Source of the DNA: a bacterium
GTDB taxonomy: Bacteria > Bacillota > Clostridia > Peptostreptococcales > Anaerovoracaceae
Reading direction: 5' to 3'
NCBI GenBank assembly: GCA_963601575.1
Contig: CAVCFO010000003.1
Span: forward strand, 33,472 to 97,471
DNA: 64,000 bases
Shown: piece by piece, positions 1 to 9,278 of the stretch
Layout of the letters: every line of letters begins with the position of its first letter
How positions within the stretch are numbered: position 1 is the stretch's first letter
Program-made: the position numbers and the translations under genes
The notes under the pieces: model-generated
Databases searched by the model: none
Seen by the model: only the letters and a program-made list of their open reading frames with translations
What the model was told of the DNA's origin: nothing

Positions 1-1
1 G

Positions 2-409
2 GTGTTCCTGGCGGCATTCGGCACGGACATCATGGCATATTTCGTTGGAATGGCAATCGGAAAGCACAAGCTTTGCCCAAATCTAAGCCCGAAGAAGAGT
101 AAGGAGGGAGCGGCAGGCGGAGTGCTTGGAAGCATAATTTTCTGCGGCATTTTCGCATATCTTGTTATTCCGGAAATGCTCACCGAGGCGATGATCATAG
201 CGATAGCAGGCAGCGTCGTGGCGCAGCTTGGCGACCTTTCGGCTTCTGCTTTCAAACGCCAGATGGGTATCAAGGACTACGGCAACCTCATTCCGGGACA
301 CGGCGGGATCCTAGATCGCTTCGACAGCGTATTCTTTACTGCGCCCATGGTATATTATTGCATTTTGCTTGTGAATGAGGCACAGGAAGCCATGCCGATT
401 GTCCAATAA
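2..409 (+). CDS. cdsA: phosphatidate cytidylyltransferase (CDP-diglyceride synthase), 3' part only; 5' end lies outside the window
   Basis: C-terminal signature FKRQMGIKDYGNLIPGHGGILDRFDS and a hydrophobic multi-TM profile. It sits in the conserved position upstream of dxr-rseP-ispG. Confidence 0.85.
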   Translation: MFLAAFGTDIMAYFVGMAIGKHKLCPNLSPKKSKEGAAGGVLGSIIFCGIFAYLVIPEMLTEAMIIAIAGSVVAQLGDLSASAFKRQMGIKDYGNLIPGHGGILDRFDSVFFTAPMVYYCILLVNEAQEAMPIVQ

Positions 410-432
410 ATTGAAAGACCTGAGGACATACC

Positions 433-1572
433 ATGAAAAAAATTACGATTTTAGGCAGCACAGGTTCCATCGGAACCCAGAGCCTGGAAGTGATAAAAAA
501 GCATCCCGATAGGTTTGCGGTTGAGGCGCTAACCTGCGGGAAAAATACAGAGAGACTGGCTGAGCAGATTCAAATGTTTCGGCCTTCTTTTGCTGTTACG
601 GAAAAGGCAGAGGACGCGGCAAGGCTTGCAAAAATCTTTCCCGAAACCGAATTTTCCTGGGGCGAAAAGGGGCTTATCGAGGCTGCAGGCGGCGGCTGCG
701 ATATGGTTCTTAACTCCCTTGTGGGAATGAGAGGCCTTGCGCCTACCTGCGCCGCTATTGCATCAGGCAAGGACATCGCCCTTGCCAACAAGGAGACACT
801 TGTTGCAGGCGGCGCCCTCGTAATGGACGCAGCGGCAAAGGCGGGGATAAAGCTTTTGCCGGTAGACAGCGAGCACAGCGCTATTTTCCAATGCCTTGAG
901 GGAAACAAAGAAAGGCCGATAAAGAAAATTCTTCTCACAGCAAGCGGCGGGCCTTTCCGTGGATATACGACGGAGCAGCTTGAAAATGTAACCCTTGAGC
1001 AGGCGCTGAAACATCCTAACTGGAGCATGGGTCAGAAGATTACCATAGATTCTGCCACCATGATGAACAAAGGACTTGAGGTAATTGAGGCGAAATGGCT
1101 TTTCGACGTCCCGGCAGAGAAAATCCAAATTCTCGTTCATCCCCAGAGCATAGTCCACTCGGCGGTGGAGTTTGAGGATAATTCCGTGATTGCCCAGATG
1201 GGAATTGCCGACATGAAAATTCCTATCAGCCTTGCGCTTGGCTATCCGGACAGGCTAAGAAGCACAGGCAGAGAGCTTGATTTCTTCACGGAGGGCGCAA
1301 ACCTTACATTTGAGAAACCAAATCCTGAGGTTTTCGGCTGCATAAGGCTCGCTTATGATGCGATAGAAGCGGGAGGAAGCTATCCTGCAGCGCTGAATGC
1401 CGCCAACGAGGTGCTGGTTTCGGCATTTCTTGACCAAAAAATACGCTTTATGGACATACAAAAAACACTTGAACGCATTATGCATGACCATAAACCGGTA
1501 TATAATTTAGATTTAGAGGGTATCTTAGAAGTTGACAGAAAGACGAGAGAATTAACGGGGGAAATTTTATGA
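433..1572 (+). CDS. dxr: 1-deoxy-D-xylulose-5-phosphate reductoisomerase
   Basis: N-terminal NADPH motif LGSTGSIG, plus LANKE, DSEHSAIFQC and HPNWSMG motifs. 379 aa is a typical length. Confidence 0.95.
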   Translation: MKKITILGSTGSIGTQSLEVIKKHPDRFAVEALTCGKNTERLAEQIQMFRPSFAVTEKAEDAARLAKIFPETEFSWGEKGLIEAAGGGCDMVLNSLVGMRGLAPTCAAIASGKDIALANKETLVAGGALVMDAAAKAGIKLLPVDSEHSAIFQCLEGNKERPIKKILLTASGGPFRGYTTEQLENVTLEQALKHPNWSMGQKITIDSATMMNKGLEVIEAKWLFDVPAEKIQILVHPQSIVHSAVEFEDNSVIAQMGIADMKIPISLALGYPDRLRSTGRELDFFTEGANLTFEKPNPEVFGCIRLAYDAIEAGGSYPAALNAANEVLVSAFLDQKIRFMDIQKTLERIMHDHKPVYNLDLEGILEVDRKTRELTGEIL

Positions 1573-2609
1573 AAACAGCAATTCTTGCGATTTTACTATT
1601 CTGCGTGATGATCTTTCCTCATGAGCTGGGGCATTTCATCGCGGCGAAAAGATGCGGAGTACGCGTCAACGAATTCGCGTTCGGCATGGGACCTGTGATT
1701 TGGAAGAAGCAAAGAGGGGAAACGCTTCACAGCATCAGGCTTCTTCCCATCGGCGGATTTTGCGCCATGGAGGGAGAGGACGAGGAATCTGAGGATGAGC
1801 GCGCCTTCGGAAACAAGAAGCCTTGGCAAAAGATAGTAATACTTGCGGCAGGTTCTCTTATGAATGTCCTTTGCGCCATTATCATCATGTGCATCGTGGT
1901 GGGCGTGCGGGGATTTGCGACGACGACGATCGGCCAGATCACGGGAGGCAGCGCGGCAGAGGCCTCGGGCCTTGCAGTTGGCGACAAGATTATCAGCATA
2001 ACTACGTCGCAAGAAACCTACGAGATAGATCAGTGGGCGGACGTATCCGAGGCTATGAATTCTGTCACAAGTGGCGATGCCATAACCATCGGCTACGAAA
2101 GAGGCGGAAGCTCATATACCGTGGATGCAAATCCAACTCTTTCGGAGGGCGTGGATTCTCAAGGAAACACCGTAAATTACTATGTCCTTGGCATCAGCTG
2201 CAAGATAAGCCATAGCCCATTCAAAGCTCTGGTCGCGGGAACCCAGTCCACCTGGGCGATGACGAAGATGATGTTTGCGGCGCTTTTGCAGCTTTTTACG
2301 GGTGAGGCAAGTCCCGATGAGCTGACGGGGCCTGTCGGAATGGTGCAAATGGTCAGCAAGACTACCGAATACGGATTTTGGTATTACGGCTTTCTTACGG
2401 CGCTGATTTGCCTGAACCTTGCGGTGATAAATATGCTTCCGCTTCCGGCACTTGATGGCGGAAGGATCATCTTCGTGCTATATAGCGCGCTCACCGGCAA
2501 ACAGGTGAGCGAGAAGGTCGAAGGCACCATTCACCTCGCGGGGCTGGCTCTTCTGATGCTGCTCATGATATATGTTACCTTCAACGATGTCGAAAGGATA
2601 TTCGGCTGA
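1569..2609 (+). CDS. rseP: RIP site-2 zinc metalloprotease (RseP/RasP family)
   Basis: HELGH zinc motif in the first TM, a central PDZ-like segment, and NMLPLPALDGG (NxxPxxxLDG) in a late TM. It overlaps the dxr stop by 4 nt. Confidence 0.9.
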   Translation: MKTAILAILLFCVMIFPHELGHFIAAKRCGVRVNEFAFGMGPVIWKKQRGETLHSIRLLPIGGFCAMEGEDEESEDERAFGNKKPWQKIVILAAGSLMNVLCAIIIMCIVVGVRGFATTTIGQITGGSAAEASGLAVGDKIISITTSQETYEIDQWADVSEAMNSVTSGDAITIGYERGGSSYTVDANPTLSEGVDSQGNTVNYYVLGISCKISHSPFKALVAGTQSTWAMTKMMFAALLQLFTGEASPDELTGPVGMVQMVSKTTEYGFWYYGFLTALICLNLAVINMLPLPALDGGRIIFVLYSALTGKQVSEKVEGTIHLAGLALLMLLMIYVTFNDVERIFG

Positions 2610-2631
2610 ATATAGACACGGAAAGACAGAA

Positions 2632-3744
2632 ATGAAGGCGGAAATGAAGACAGAAGTAATGGATAATAGAAAAAAGACGAAAAAAATAAGATGCGGCGAG
2701 CTTTTTATCGGCGGCGACGCACCTATTACGATACAATCCATGACCAACGTGGACTCAAGGGACGAAAAAGCTCTCGTTTCTCAGGTCACAAGACTTGCGG
2801 ATGCAGGCTGCGACATCGTGAGAATAGCAGTGCCTGACATGCAGTCCGCAGAGGTCTTTGCGCGGGTAAGAAAAACTATCCCAAAAGAAATCCCGCTGGT
2901 TGCGGACATACATTTTGATTACAGGCTTGCAATAGCAGCCATAAAGGCAGGAGCGGATAAAATCAGGATAAACCCCGGAAATATCGGGGACAGCCAGAGG
3001 CTTCGGGCGGTGGTGGAAGCTGCTAAGGAGCGGCAAATTCCAATCCGCGTAGGGGTAAATTCCGGTTCGCTGGAAAAGCCGATTCTTGAAAAATACGGCA
3101 GGGTAACGCCGGCGGGACTCTGCGAAAGCGCCCTGAATAACCTGAAACTCATCGAGGAATTTGACTACGACAGGCTGGTGGTTTCCATAAAGTCATCCGA
3201 TGTAAGGCTAAATTACGATGCGCATAAGATTCTTTCGGAGAGCACCGACTATCCGATCCACATAGGAATCACCGAGTCGGGAACTCCGGCAAGGGGCAAG
3301 ATAAAATCCGCCATAGGAATCGGTGCGCTTCTCCTCGCGGGGATCGGCGATACGATGCGCGTTTCGCTGACCGCAGACCCCGTGCAGGAGATCCTCTTTG
3401 CAAAGGAAATCCTAAAGGATACCGGGATTCGGGGCGCAGGGATAGACCTCGTTTCGTGCCCGACCTGCGGCAGAACAAAGCTTGATCTTGAGCATGTCGC
3501 CTGCGAAGTAGAAAAAAGGCTTGTGCCTATAGAGCAAAAATTGATAAAATCGGGTCACAGCCCCCTCAAGGTCGCAGTAATGGGCTGCGCCGTAAACGGC
3601 CCGGGAGAGGCAGCAGAAGCTGACTTTGGAATTTGCGGCGGCGACGGGAGAGGACTTCTGTTTTCTAAGGGCAAAATCGTAAAAAATGTGCCGGAGGGCA
3701 GGCTCGTAGATGAACTGATTAGCATGATAGAGGCAAATATATGA
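2632..3744 (+). CDS. ispG: 4-hydroxy-3-methylbut-2-enyl diphosphate synthase
   Basis: GGDAPITIQSMTN motif and Fe-S cysteines in SCPTCGR and GCAVNGPGE. The ORF-track start at 2572 overlaps rseP, so ATG 2632 (alternative 2659) is more plausible. Confidence 0.9.
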   Translation: MKAEMKTEVMDNRKKTKKIRCGELFIGGDAPITIQSMTNVDSRDEKALVSQVTRLADAGCDIVRIAVPDMQSAEVFARVRKTIPKEIPLVADIHFDYRLAIAAIKAGADKIRINPGNIGDSQRLRAVVEAAKERQIPIRVGVNSGSLEKPILEKYGRVTPAGLCESALNNLKLIEEFDYDRLVVSIKSSDVRLNYDAHKILSESTDYPIHIGITESGTPARGKIKSAIGIGALLLAGIGDTMRVSLTADPVQEILFAKEILKDTGIRGAGIDLVSCPTCGRTKLDLEHVACEVEKRLVPIEQKLIKSGHSPLKVAVMGCAVNGPGEAAEADFGICGGDGRGLLFSKGKIVKNVPEGRLVDELISMIEANI

Positions 3745-6700
3745 AGAATCTTATAAGCAGGAGCATCGACTGGGAGGCTCTTGGCGGAGAAAAAAACGAA
3801 TATAAATTTGAACTTGGAAAAGGCGTGATTCACAGGGAATCGGGCGTGCTGGAGATGCCGGTACGCCTTAATTTTGTGATGCCTTTTTTGGATTACGAAA
3901 AGATAAAGGCGCTGATTATAAATAAGCTTGATATGATTTCTGAGGTGAAATTTGCCTTTGAATATGATGAGATGGCGCTCTCTGATGCTCTTATCGCAAG
4001 GCTTTTCCTGCCATATATGATCGAAGAAGTAAACGGAGATTATATTTCTATCACCAAGATGATAGACGAGAAGAAGGTAAGCGTAGCAGAAGGCGAGGTA
4101 ACATATTATGCACTGGGAGATTTCGCGGCGAAGCAGCTAAACGATAGGCTCGCCCGCAGATTTTCCGAAATCCTAAGAGATACCTTCGGCATAAGCATGA
4201 AGGTGAGATTCGAGAATAATGTCAATAAATATGAAGAAATGCACCGCTCATTCAGCGAAAATGAAGAAAAGGAAATAGAGGAGACCGCTCGCAAGTACCG
4301 AGAAGAAATCGAGGCTCGCGCTGCCGCCTCCGCAAAATCCGCGGAAAATTCGGAAAGGCCCGATGCATCTTCCGCCTCCGGAAAGAGTTTCGGCGGCTAC
4401 GGCAGCTTCGGCGGAAAAAACGGCGGCGAGGGTGGCTGGAAACGCAGGGAAAAAGAGCTTCCTGCGTCGGGAAACCGCATTATGGGCAGAGAAATTGCCG
4501 GTGGAAAGACCGCAGAGCTCAGAGACATCGACCCGAAGATGGGAACGGTGGTGATCGAGGGAGTTCTTTTCAGGATATCCGAACGGCTTATCAAAAATGG
4601 AAACCACCTTGTATCCCTTTTGATTACGGACAACAAGACCACGATCTGCGCAAAGGCTTTCGTTACCGAGGCGAAGTGGGGCGAAATAAACGAACTATTG
4701 AAGCCGGGAGATGCGGTAAAGCTCCGGGGAGAAGTCCAGTGGGACACCTTCGAGAACATGAACACCATAATGTTCAAAGACCTAGAAAAACAGGACAGAG
4801 CCGCAGGCAGAGAAGATACATGGCAGGACGGAAAGAGGGTGGAGCTTCACATCCACTCAAAGATGAGCCAGATGGACGGCTTTAACGAGGCGGCGGATAT
4901 CGTTTCCCTTGCCGCGAAATGGGGTCAGCCGGCTGTGGCAATCACCGACCACGGCGTGGTTCAGGCCTTCCCGGACTGCGCGGCGGCGGCGAAGAAACAG
5001 GCGGAAAAGGGCCGCCCCATAAAGGTTATTTACGGTCTGGAGGGCTACGTATTCGACGATTCGGACTGCAAAGACGAAAAGGAAGAAATCGACTACAAAA
5101 CAAAGCCTACGAATCATATCATAATTCTGGCAAAGACCCAGGAGGGCTTAAAGAATATTTACAAGCTTGTGTCCTACTCCCATTTGAATTATTTTTACAA
5201 AAAACCGAGGCTTCCGTGGTCTGTCATCGAGGCGCATAGAGATGGACTTATCATAGGCTCCGCTTGCAGTGCCGGCGAAGTTTTCCTGTCCATGGTGAAG
5301 CAGGTTACATATAACAAAAGAACCCATACCCAAAACGTTATAGAGCAGAAAAGCCCGGCAGAGCAGGAAAAAATCGCTTCCCGCTACGACTACCTTGAAA
5401 TTCAGCCTATCATCAACAATCACTTTATGCTGGAAAGCGAGTTTTATCTCGACGGAAAACGAGTAGAAACGGAGGATGATCTTCGGGAAATAAATAAGAG
5501 AATCCTCGCCCTTGCAGACAAGCTGGGAAAGCGGGTGGTTGCCACCACGGACTCCCACTATACCGAGCCTGACGATGCAATTTACAGAAACATCATCATG
5601 GCAGGAATGGGTTACGACGATGCGGAAAACGGCGAGGGTCTTTATATGAAAACCACCGACGAGATGATGGAGGAATTTTCCTATCTCGCTGGCAGGGCAA
5701 GGGAAGTTGTCATCGACAATACGAACTATATAGCAAGCCTCGTTGACGGAGAAATCCGCCCCGTACCTGCGGGGAAATTTCCGCCAAAAATCGAGGGCGC
5801 AGAGGAAACCCTACGAAAAACCTGCATGGAAAGAGCCCACGAACAGTATGGCAATCCTCTCCCGAAAGAAATTGAGGAGAGGCTTGATGTCGAGCTTAAT
5901 TCCATCATAAACAACGGCTATGCGGTGATGTATGTAAGCGCCCAGATGCTTGTAAATAAGTCATTGCAAGACGGCTATCTGGTCGGCTCCAGAGGTTCGG
6001 TAGGGTCTTCCTTTGCAGCCACCATGGCGGGAATTACCGAGGTAAATCCCCTGGACCCGCATTATCTTTGCCCGAACTGCAAAAAGATTATTTGGGGAGA
6101 TATGCAAAAATACGACTGCGGCGTGGATATGCCGCCCATGGACTGCCCGGACTGCGGCACTCCCATGAAGCGGGACGGCTATACCATTCCTTTCGCCACA
6201 TTCCTTGGGTTCAAGGGAAACAAAGAGCCGGATATCGACCTTAACTTTGCCGGAGAATACCAGCCGATCGCCCACAAATATGTAGGGGTTATCTTCGGGG
6301 ACAAGAATGTGTTTAAAGCGGGAACCGTTGGCACCGTGGCGGAAAAGACCGCTTATGGCTATGTGGCAAAATACTTCGACGAGAGAAATATTCCGGTGAA
6401 CAAATACGAAAAGGACAGGCTCACTCAGCACTGCACCGGAGTAAAACGTACCACGGGACAGCATCCCGGCGGCATCGTAATCTGTCCGGACGATCACGAA
6501 ATCTTTGAGTTTTGCCCGATCCAGCATCCGGCAAACGATGTAAATACGGATATTATTACCACACACTTTGACTATCACAAGATAGACGAGAATCTTCTCA
6601 AGCTGGATATTCTCGGTCACGATGTGCCTTCTATGATACGTCAGCTTCAGGACATGACCGGTACGGAGCCGCTAAAAATCGACCTTACCGACAGAAAGGT

Positions 6701-7652
6701 TCTTAGCATTTTTAACGGGATAGAGGCGCTGGATATAAAAGACCCGGACTACAAGTTTACCCATGGCTCCTATGCGATTCCGGAATTTGGAACTTCATTT
6801 ACGAGGCAGATGCTTGACGACACGAAGCCGGACAAATTTGCCGATCTTGTCAGAATTTCGGGATTTTCACACGGAACGGATGTGTGGCTGAACAACGCCC
6901 AGGACTATATCCGCTCGGGAACCGCCACCATGCGTGAGGTTATTTCAACCCGTGACGACATCATGAACTACCTGATTTTGAAAGGGGTTGAGAACGAAAC
7001 CGCATTTAAAATCATGGAAATTGTCCGTAAGGGGAAGAAGGATTTAGACGAGCAGCAGGTTGCCACCATGAAAGAACACGACGTTCCCGACTGGTACATC
7101 GACTCCTGCAACAAGATAAAATATATGTTCCCCCGCGCCCATGCTGTGGCATATACAATGATGAGTTTCCGTATGGCATGGTACAAGGTATACTACCCGC
7201 AGGAGTTTTACGCCACATATTTCACCACGAAGGTCGCCAACTTCGACGCGGAGACGATACTGAAGGGCAAGGATGCAATTCTGGCGAAGATGGACGAGAT
7301 AAACGCAAAGGGTGTGAACGCAACTCCGAAGGAAAAGGACGATTATACCATTCACGAGGTTGCCTACGAGATGTACGCAAGAGGCTATGAGTTTACTCCC
7401 GCAAGGCTTGGAAAGTCATCAGCCACGAAATTTGGCGTGGATAACGGCAAGGTGCTGCTTCCATTTACGGCAATCGAGGGGGTAGGTGAGAACGCGGCGA
7501 AGGCTCTCCAAAGCGAATACGAAATCAAGCCTTACGACACCATTGAAGAGGCTATAAAGAGGGCAAAACTCAATAAGACAGCCGCAGGGGGCCTGAGAAA
7601 TCACGGCGTGTTTGAGGGACTTCCGGAAACCGACCAGCTCAGCATGTTTTAG
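3741..7652 (+). CDS. polC: DNA polymerase III alpha subunit, PolC type, lacking the internal 3'-5' exonuclease domain
   Basis: PHP motifs (HIHSKMSQMDG, ITDHG, TTDSHY), Zn finger CPNC...CPDCG, GSRGSVGSS, KRTTGQHPGGI, KIKYMFPRAHAVAY and C-terminal QLSMF. Only about 20 aa separate YGLEGYVFDD from NHIIILAKTQEGLKNIYKLVS, the position where other PolCs carry a roughly 200-aa DnaQ-like domain. Confidence 0.9.
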   Translation: MKNLISRSIDWEALGGEKNEYKFELGKGVIHRESGVLEMPVRLNFVMPFLDYEKIKALIINKLDMISEVKFAFEYDEMALSDALIARLFLPYMIEEVNGDYISITKMIDEKKVSVAEGEVTYYALGDFAAKQLNDRLARRFSEILRDTFGISMKVRFENNVNKYEEMHRSFSENEEKEIEETARKYREEIEARAAASAKSAENSERPDASSASGKSFGGYGSFGGKNGGEGGWKRREKELPASGNRIMGREIAGGKTAELRDIDPKMGTVVIEGVLFRISERLIKNGNHLVSLLITDNKTTICAKAFVTEAKWGEINELLKPGDAVKLRGEVQWDTFENMNTIMFKDLEKQDRAAGREDTWQDGKRVELHIHSKMSQMDGFNEAADIVSLAAKWGQPAVAITDHGVVQAFPDCAAAAKKQAEKGRPIKVIYGLEGYVFDDSDCKDEKEEIDYKTKPTNHIIILAKTQEGLKNIYKLVSYSHLNYFYKKPRLPWSVIEAHRDGLIIGSACSAGEVFLSMVKQVTYNKRTHTQNVIEQKSPAEQEKIASRYDYLEIQPIINNHFMLESEFYLDGKRVETEDDLREINKRILALADKLGKRVVATTDSHYTEPDDAIYRNIIMAGMGYDDAENGEGLYMKTTDEMMEEFSYLAGRAREVVIDNTNYIASLVDGEIRPVPAGKFPPKIEGAEETLRKTCMERAHEQYGNPLPKEIEERLDVELNSIINNGYAVMYVSAQMLVNKSLQDGYLVGSRGSVGSSFAATMAGITEVNPLDPHYLCPNCKKIIWGDMQKYDCGVDMPPMDCPDCGTPMKRDGYTIPFATFLGFKGNKEPDIDLNFAGEYQPIAHKYVGVIFGDKNVFKAGTVGTVAEKTAYGYVAKYFDERNIPVNKYEKDRLTQHCTGVKRTTGQHPGGIVICPDDHEIFEFCPIQHPANDVNTDIITTHFDYHKIDENLLKLDILGHDVPSMIRQLQDMTGTEPLKIDLTDRKVLSIFNGIEALDIKDPDYKFTHGSYAIPEFGTSFTRQMLDDTKPDKFADLVRISGFSHGTDVWLNNAQDYIRSGTATMREVISTRDDIMNYLILKGVENETAFKIMEIVRKGKKDLDEQQVATMKEHDVPDWYIDSCNKIKYMFPRAHAVAYTMMSFRMAWYKVYYPQEFYATYFTTKVANFDAETILKGKDAILAKMDEINAKGVNATPKEKDDYTIHEVAYEMYARGYEFTPARLGKSSATKFGVDNGKVLLPFTAIEGVGENAAKALQSEYEIKPYDTIEEAIKRAKLNKTAAGGLRNHGVFEGLPETDQLSMF

Positions 7653-7669
7653 CGGGATGTTACGGAAAA

Positions 7670-8512
7670 TCAGCAGGCTTTGAACTTTCCGATGAGGGCG
7701 AATATGCAAAAGCATATAAGCTCCGTCACCACAATTGTGGCTCCCGCGGGAGTTGAAAGCATGATGGACAGCAAAAGGCCGATTGCAGAGGTTGCCACCG
7801 CATAAAGAGCCGCACAGATAATAACCTGACGGAAAGTGCTGAAAATTCTCATGGCAGAAAGTGCCGGAAAGATGATCAGCGCCGAAGTAAGCAGCGCACC
7901 CACAAGGCTCATGGCAAGGACGATGACCACCGCCGTGATAACCGCAATCAGGAGGTTATAGGCGGAAGCATTTACCCCTGTGGCAACGGCAAAGCTTTCG
8001 TCAAAGGTGACCGCAAAGATTTTGTTGTAAAACAGCACAAATATCAAGATAACAACGATGGACATTGACACGCAGAGGATAATATCTCCCTCGGTCAGTG
8101 TCAAAATAGATGTGGAGCCGAAAAGCGTGCTGCACACATCGCCGGAAATATTGGCAGATGCGGAGAAAATATTGAGCAGAAGATAGCCGAAAGCCATGGA
8201 GCCTACGGAAATCATCGCCAGCGCCGCATCGCCTTTTATTTTTGCATTCTGTCCGGTTTTTAGAAGCAGAATCGCACTGAGTATTGTTACGGGCATGACA
8301 ATAAGGAGATTGTTGCTGACGGAAAGAACCGTAGCCATCGCCATGGCACCGAATGCCACGTGGGAAAGCCCGTCTCCCATAAAGGAATAGCGTTTAAGCA
8401 CCAGCGTGACGCCAAGAAGCGATGAACAGAGCGCCGCAAGGACCCCTGCGATAAATGCGTAGCACACAAAGGAGTAGGAAAAATATTCGCTAATCATGTT
8501 TATTAAATTCAT
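7670..8512 (-). CDS. znuB: metal (Zn/Mn-type) ABC importer permease, ABC-3 family
   Basis: 280-aa polytopic membrane protein of ZnuB/TroCD/MntB type. It is the last gene of an SBP-ATPase-permease operon and overlaps the ATPase stop. Confidence 0.75.
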   Translation of the reverse strand: MNLINMISEYFSYSFVCYAFIAGVLAALCSSLLGVTLVLKRYSFMGDGLSHVAFGAMAMATVLSVSNNLLIVMPVTILSAILLLKTGQNAKIKGDAALAMISVGSMAFGYLLLNIFSASANISGDVCSTLFGSTSILTLTEGDIILCVSMSIVVILIFVLFYNKIFAVTFDESFAVATGVNASAYNLLIAVITAVVIVLAMSLVGALLTSALIIFPALSAMRIFSTFRQVIICAALYAVATSAIGLLLSIMLSTPAGATIVVTELICFCIFALIGKFKAC

Positions 8513-9278
8513 CTCTTACCGACCTCCTTGGCTTGATATTGATCTTTTCCCCGCGGCTGCAAATCGGCTCGTCCACAAAATTGGAGAGGCGGAATTTGCC
8601 TTTAAGGGGAGTTTGAGCGTAGTCTTCCTTGCTGCCGAAAAACTGCATATTGCTTCCCATGTGCAGGATGTGGCTTGCGTATTTGACGGCGGCTTCGATG
8701 TCGTGGGAAACCATCATGACGGTTATATCTTCATCGTGATTAAGCCTTGCGATAATTTCGTACATTTCTGCGGAAGCCGCCGGATCAAGCCCGGAAATCG
8801 GCTCGTCTAAAAATAGCATCTGCGAGGTGGCGCAGAGGGCTCTCGCCAGCAGCGCCCGTTGTTGCTGCCCGCCGGAAAGATTGCGATAGCAGGCGTTACG
8901 CTTATCGTATATGCCGAGCTTCTTCATATTGTCAAGGGCGGCTTGCTTTTGGGCGCGGGAGTAAAAGGGTTTTCCTCCTAGCGAAGCCAAAAATCCGGAC
9001 AGGACTATTTCCTGAACCGAAGCGGGAAAGTCCCTCTGCACCGGGGTTTGCTGGGGCAGGTAGCCGATTTGGGAGCGAGACAGTCCATCTGAGAATATAA
9101 TCTCTCCGGAAAGAGGCTTTTGGAGGCCAAGCAGAGTTTTCATCAGGGTAGATTTTCCGGAACCGTTTTCTCCTACGATACAAAGATAATCCCCTTTGTT
9201 GATCTGAAAATTGACCCCCTCGGATATAGCGACGCCGTCATAGCCAAGGGATAGATTGTTTACAATCAGTTGAGACAT
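8490..9278 (-). CDS. znuC: metal ABC importer ATP-binding protein
   Basis: Walker A GENGSGKST, signature LSGGQQQR and Walker B LFLDEP. It overlaps the upstream SBP gene. Confidence 0.8.
   Translation of the reverse strand: MSQLIVNNLSLGYDGVAISEGVNFQINKGDYLCIVGENGSGKSTLMKTLLGLQKPLSGEIIFSDGLSRSQIGYLPQQTPVQRDFPASVQEIVLSGFLASLGGKPFYSRAQKQAALDNMKKLGIYDKRNACYRNLSGGQQQRALLARALCATSQMLFLDEPISGLDPAASAEMYEIIARLNHDEDITVMMVSHDIEAAVKYASHILHMGSNMQFFGSKEDYAQTPLKGKFRLSNFVDEPICSRGEKINIKPRRSVRDEFNKHD

Noticed and set aside
2572-2631. N-terminal extensions given by the ORF track for ispG, and similarly for sepF, divIVA, rluD, radC, nifS, the GntR gene, znuA, the ABC ATPase at 56081 and the permease at 55378
   Set aside because: The extensions overlap the preceding gene or lack an RBS, whereas internal ATG/GTG codons have good SD sequences and match the N-termini of the protein families. 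Coordinates were trimmed accordingly.
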